Positions 61,691 to 64,000 of a stretch of 64,000 nucleotides of DNA are shown here, one piece after another. The stretch comes from Lama glama (Eukaryota): assembly GCA_028534125.1 (NCBI GenBank), contig CM052816.1, positions 56,608,001 to 56,672,000 of the forward strand. The letters run 5' to 3'. The notes under the pieces are model-generated. The model had not been told where the DNA came from, ran no database searches, and saw only the letters and a program-made list of their open reading frames with translations. Made by a program: the position numbers and the translations under genes. Numbering within the stretch: position 1 is the first letter of the stretch; each line of letters starts with the position of its first letter.

Positions 61691-64000
61691 CTGTGGTCCC
61701 AGTTTATCCCCATCCTACCTTTTCTGTGTAATTACAGCAGTGAAGTGACCACACAGACCAATATTTCCACCTTCGTGGTACTCCCTGGGAACAAACTTGA
61801 ACATAGCCCTCCATGGGGAGACCATCACTATCTCACTGCTCAGAGAGAAGAAAAACTTACTCGGCCCCAACTTACCAGAATAGCAGAAAAATATATTGTA
61901 CTTCAAAAAAATTTCAAGTCAGATTAGCAAACCCAGCTGTCTAGCTACCTTTAATAATCCCCAAGCCATCCTGCATCAATCACCGAATTCAGTCCCACCG
62001 GCTGGCTCTCTCATTCAGAGTGATGCCCACCACTCCTGTGTTCCTGTGTGCCCACTTCCTCAAATCTTTTCCTAGGGGCTTTACTGATGAGGAATAAATC
62101 TCTCTTCACTTTTTAAAGTTCTTTATCTCTGTGATCCCCGCAAGCTTGGCACCATTAAGTTTCCCACTCCTGAGAAAAAGCAGCATTCTTTTCCACACTT
62201 ATATAACCCTTCCATCCAGTCCTTTTGTTTGTTATGTATGTGTTAAAAGAGGAAAGCAGATTGTTCTCTCATCTCCTTGGCTTAAGGGTTTCCTAGAATT
62301 TATAAGCAAGCTGTCCTAAAAGAATAAAAAGGGGCTGGGGCAGGACAGAGGGAAGGATCCTTCAAAAAGAAAACAAAAAGCCCCTCGCTTGTGACGACCA
62401 CATCTTCCCCTTCTCTGTGTGGCTTGCTGAGGCAACGGCGGAGCCTCATTCAAGACCATCCCTTGCACAGGATGCCTCTGCGGTTCCCGCCTGTACAAAG
62501 GTGTGCAGACGAGTGTGTAAGTTAACCTGAGAAGGTCCCTCAGTATTCCCAGACTTCAGTGGGTTTGGAAACTGTTTTGCCCAGAGCACGAAGGATGCTG
62601 AGAAAGAAAGAGAAAAAAAAAAAAAGACTCAAAACACTAGTTCACCTTCTCAAAGAAAACTCACCACCTGAGAGGGCGCCCCTCTTCTGGCTGGTCAGTG
62701 AGCTTGTGTTTTTAAAGGCACAGCGCTCATCTTCCAGAAGAACAGAGCGTCCCTGGTCCTCTAATGACCTCTCCCTTTGGAAACTCTTATTTATGGTCTG
62801 ATGTGTTGAAACAATAAACATGGGTGCCTGCGTCTGGGGCCGGGGGAGGCGGAGAGAGGGGCTTCCCAGCTTTGTGTGAGATGTGAAAATGAGGTGGCAG
62901 CTTTCGCAGACCGACTCGGGGCCCTTTTCCTCTTGCCAGGGTGCCAGTGCCAGCTGAGGCCCGACACCTTGTTTTATTGTGTGCAGACAGGAAAGAGATC
63001 TCTCAATTATCTTCAAATTAACTGCCTCTTGCCATTATCTGTTCCCGGAGGACCAATCAGAGCATGTGTTTGCAAAAGCCGGGAGGCAGCCTCCCACTTC
63101 AGCCCCTCTCTGGGACCCCCTCCCACCCAGCCCTCCCCGCCACGCGCCCAGCCAAAGTCATCTGTGGCTGCCATTTTTCTCGTGGCCAACTTTAATGCTT
63201 TAATTAGGAGGCATCTGCGTGCCCACCCTTCACAAACACCATATGGTGCTCGGGACGAAGTATGTTTCATTTTCATGAAGGCAAAGCCTGAGGAGAGGGC
63301 AGTGTTTTGAATATCAATTGTTGTTCCCACGTTGGAGGAAGAATCAATCCGCCTGCCCTAAAAGGGGCGACAGGGGTTCAAAGGAGGAAGGGCTTGTTCT
63401 CCACCTGGCAAAACCTGGGAGAAAAGATGTCCCGTGTTAGAATAAATCAGAAGTCTCCTTTCAAGGCTCAGAAATTGAAAGCCCTTTAGAAGTTACAGTC
63501 CCAGAATCCTCCAGTCTAAAGGTTTAAGCTGAAAGAGGTCCTGTTCTGACATTTCAGCATCTCTCGCACATTGAATCTGGAAAAGCTGGGACCACATCTT
63601 AGAGTGTTGAAAGGCGCCCACTTACCCCAGCGGTCTGCCTGCCCTGCCCTGCCCTGCTCAGGAGAATGGCTCTTTAAGGGTGTCCTGAGTGGGGAAAAGC
63701 AACTACTTTTCTTCTCTGACAGCCACAGACTGACTAGGGAAACATGGCCCGATGGGACATGGCCTTGGGTTTGTTTTCCTTCCAAATAATGTGTCCTTGA
63801 AATAACAAATCTAAGCTTTCCAAAAGTCTCATTTCTCTAAGATTCAAGAGCTTAAATGAGGCCACACTTCGAGATCTCTCCTCCAGTGAGAAACTGAGGG
63901 AGATACAGGCCAAATTCCAACATGAGCCTTTTCCTGCCTGTATGCAAATCTCTCAACATGCAAATGATTAAATAATTAAACCATTCTGGTGTTTCAATAA

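Noticed and set aside
1..64000. CRISPR arrays, prokaryotic operons, rRNA or snRNA genes
   Set aside because: None seen; the sequence is mammalian and has no regularly spaced repeat-spacer structure.

Overview
Mammalian genomic DNA, most likely camelid (three tRNA-derived Vic-1-like SINEs and cetartiodactyl-type L1 ends). The window is repeat-rich and intergenic or intronic. No protein-coding gene can be supported: the ORF track is consistent with chance ORFs and degenerate L1 fragments. The one clear gene is an intact solitary tRNA-Arg(TCG) on the minus strand (6779-6851), next to a small CpG-rich patch. The rest is L1, MIR, L2, MaLR/ERVL/ERV1 LTRs and DNA transposon relics, plus a few unique segments that look like regulatory DNA. 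The most interesting signals are short non-standard retroposons. (1) A poly(A)-tailed, TSD-flanked ~160-bp insert (33652-33815) matches the R region of an ERV LTR in the same window, apparently from transcription start to poly(A) site. (2) A second poly(A)-tailed LTR-like fragment of a different type sits inside an L1 (55533-55609). (3) A ~355-bp element joins an L1 5' end directly to an L1 3' end (40135-40490). Repeat family names come from recalled consensus sequences, not a database search, and most repeat boundaries are approximate.
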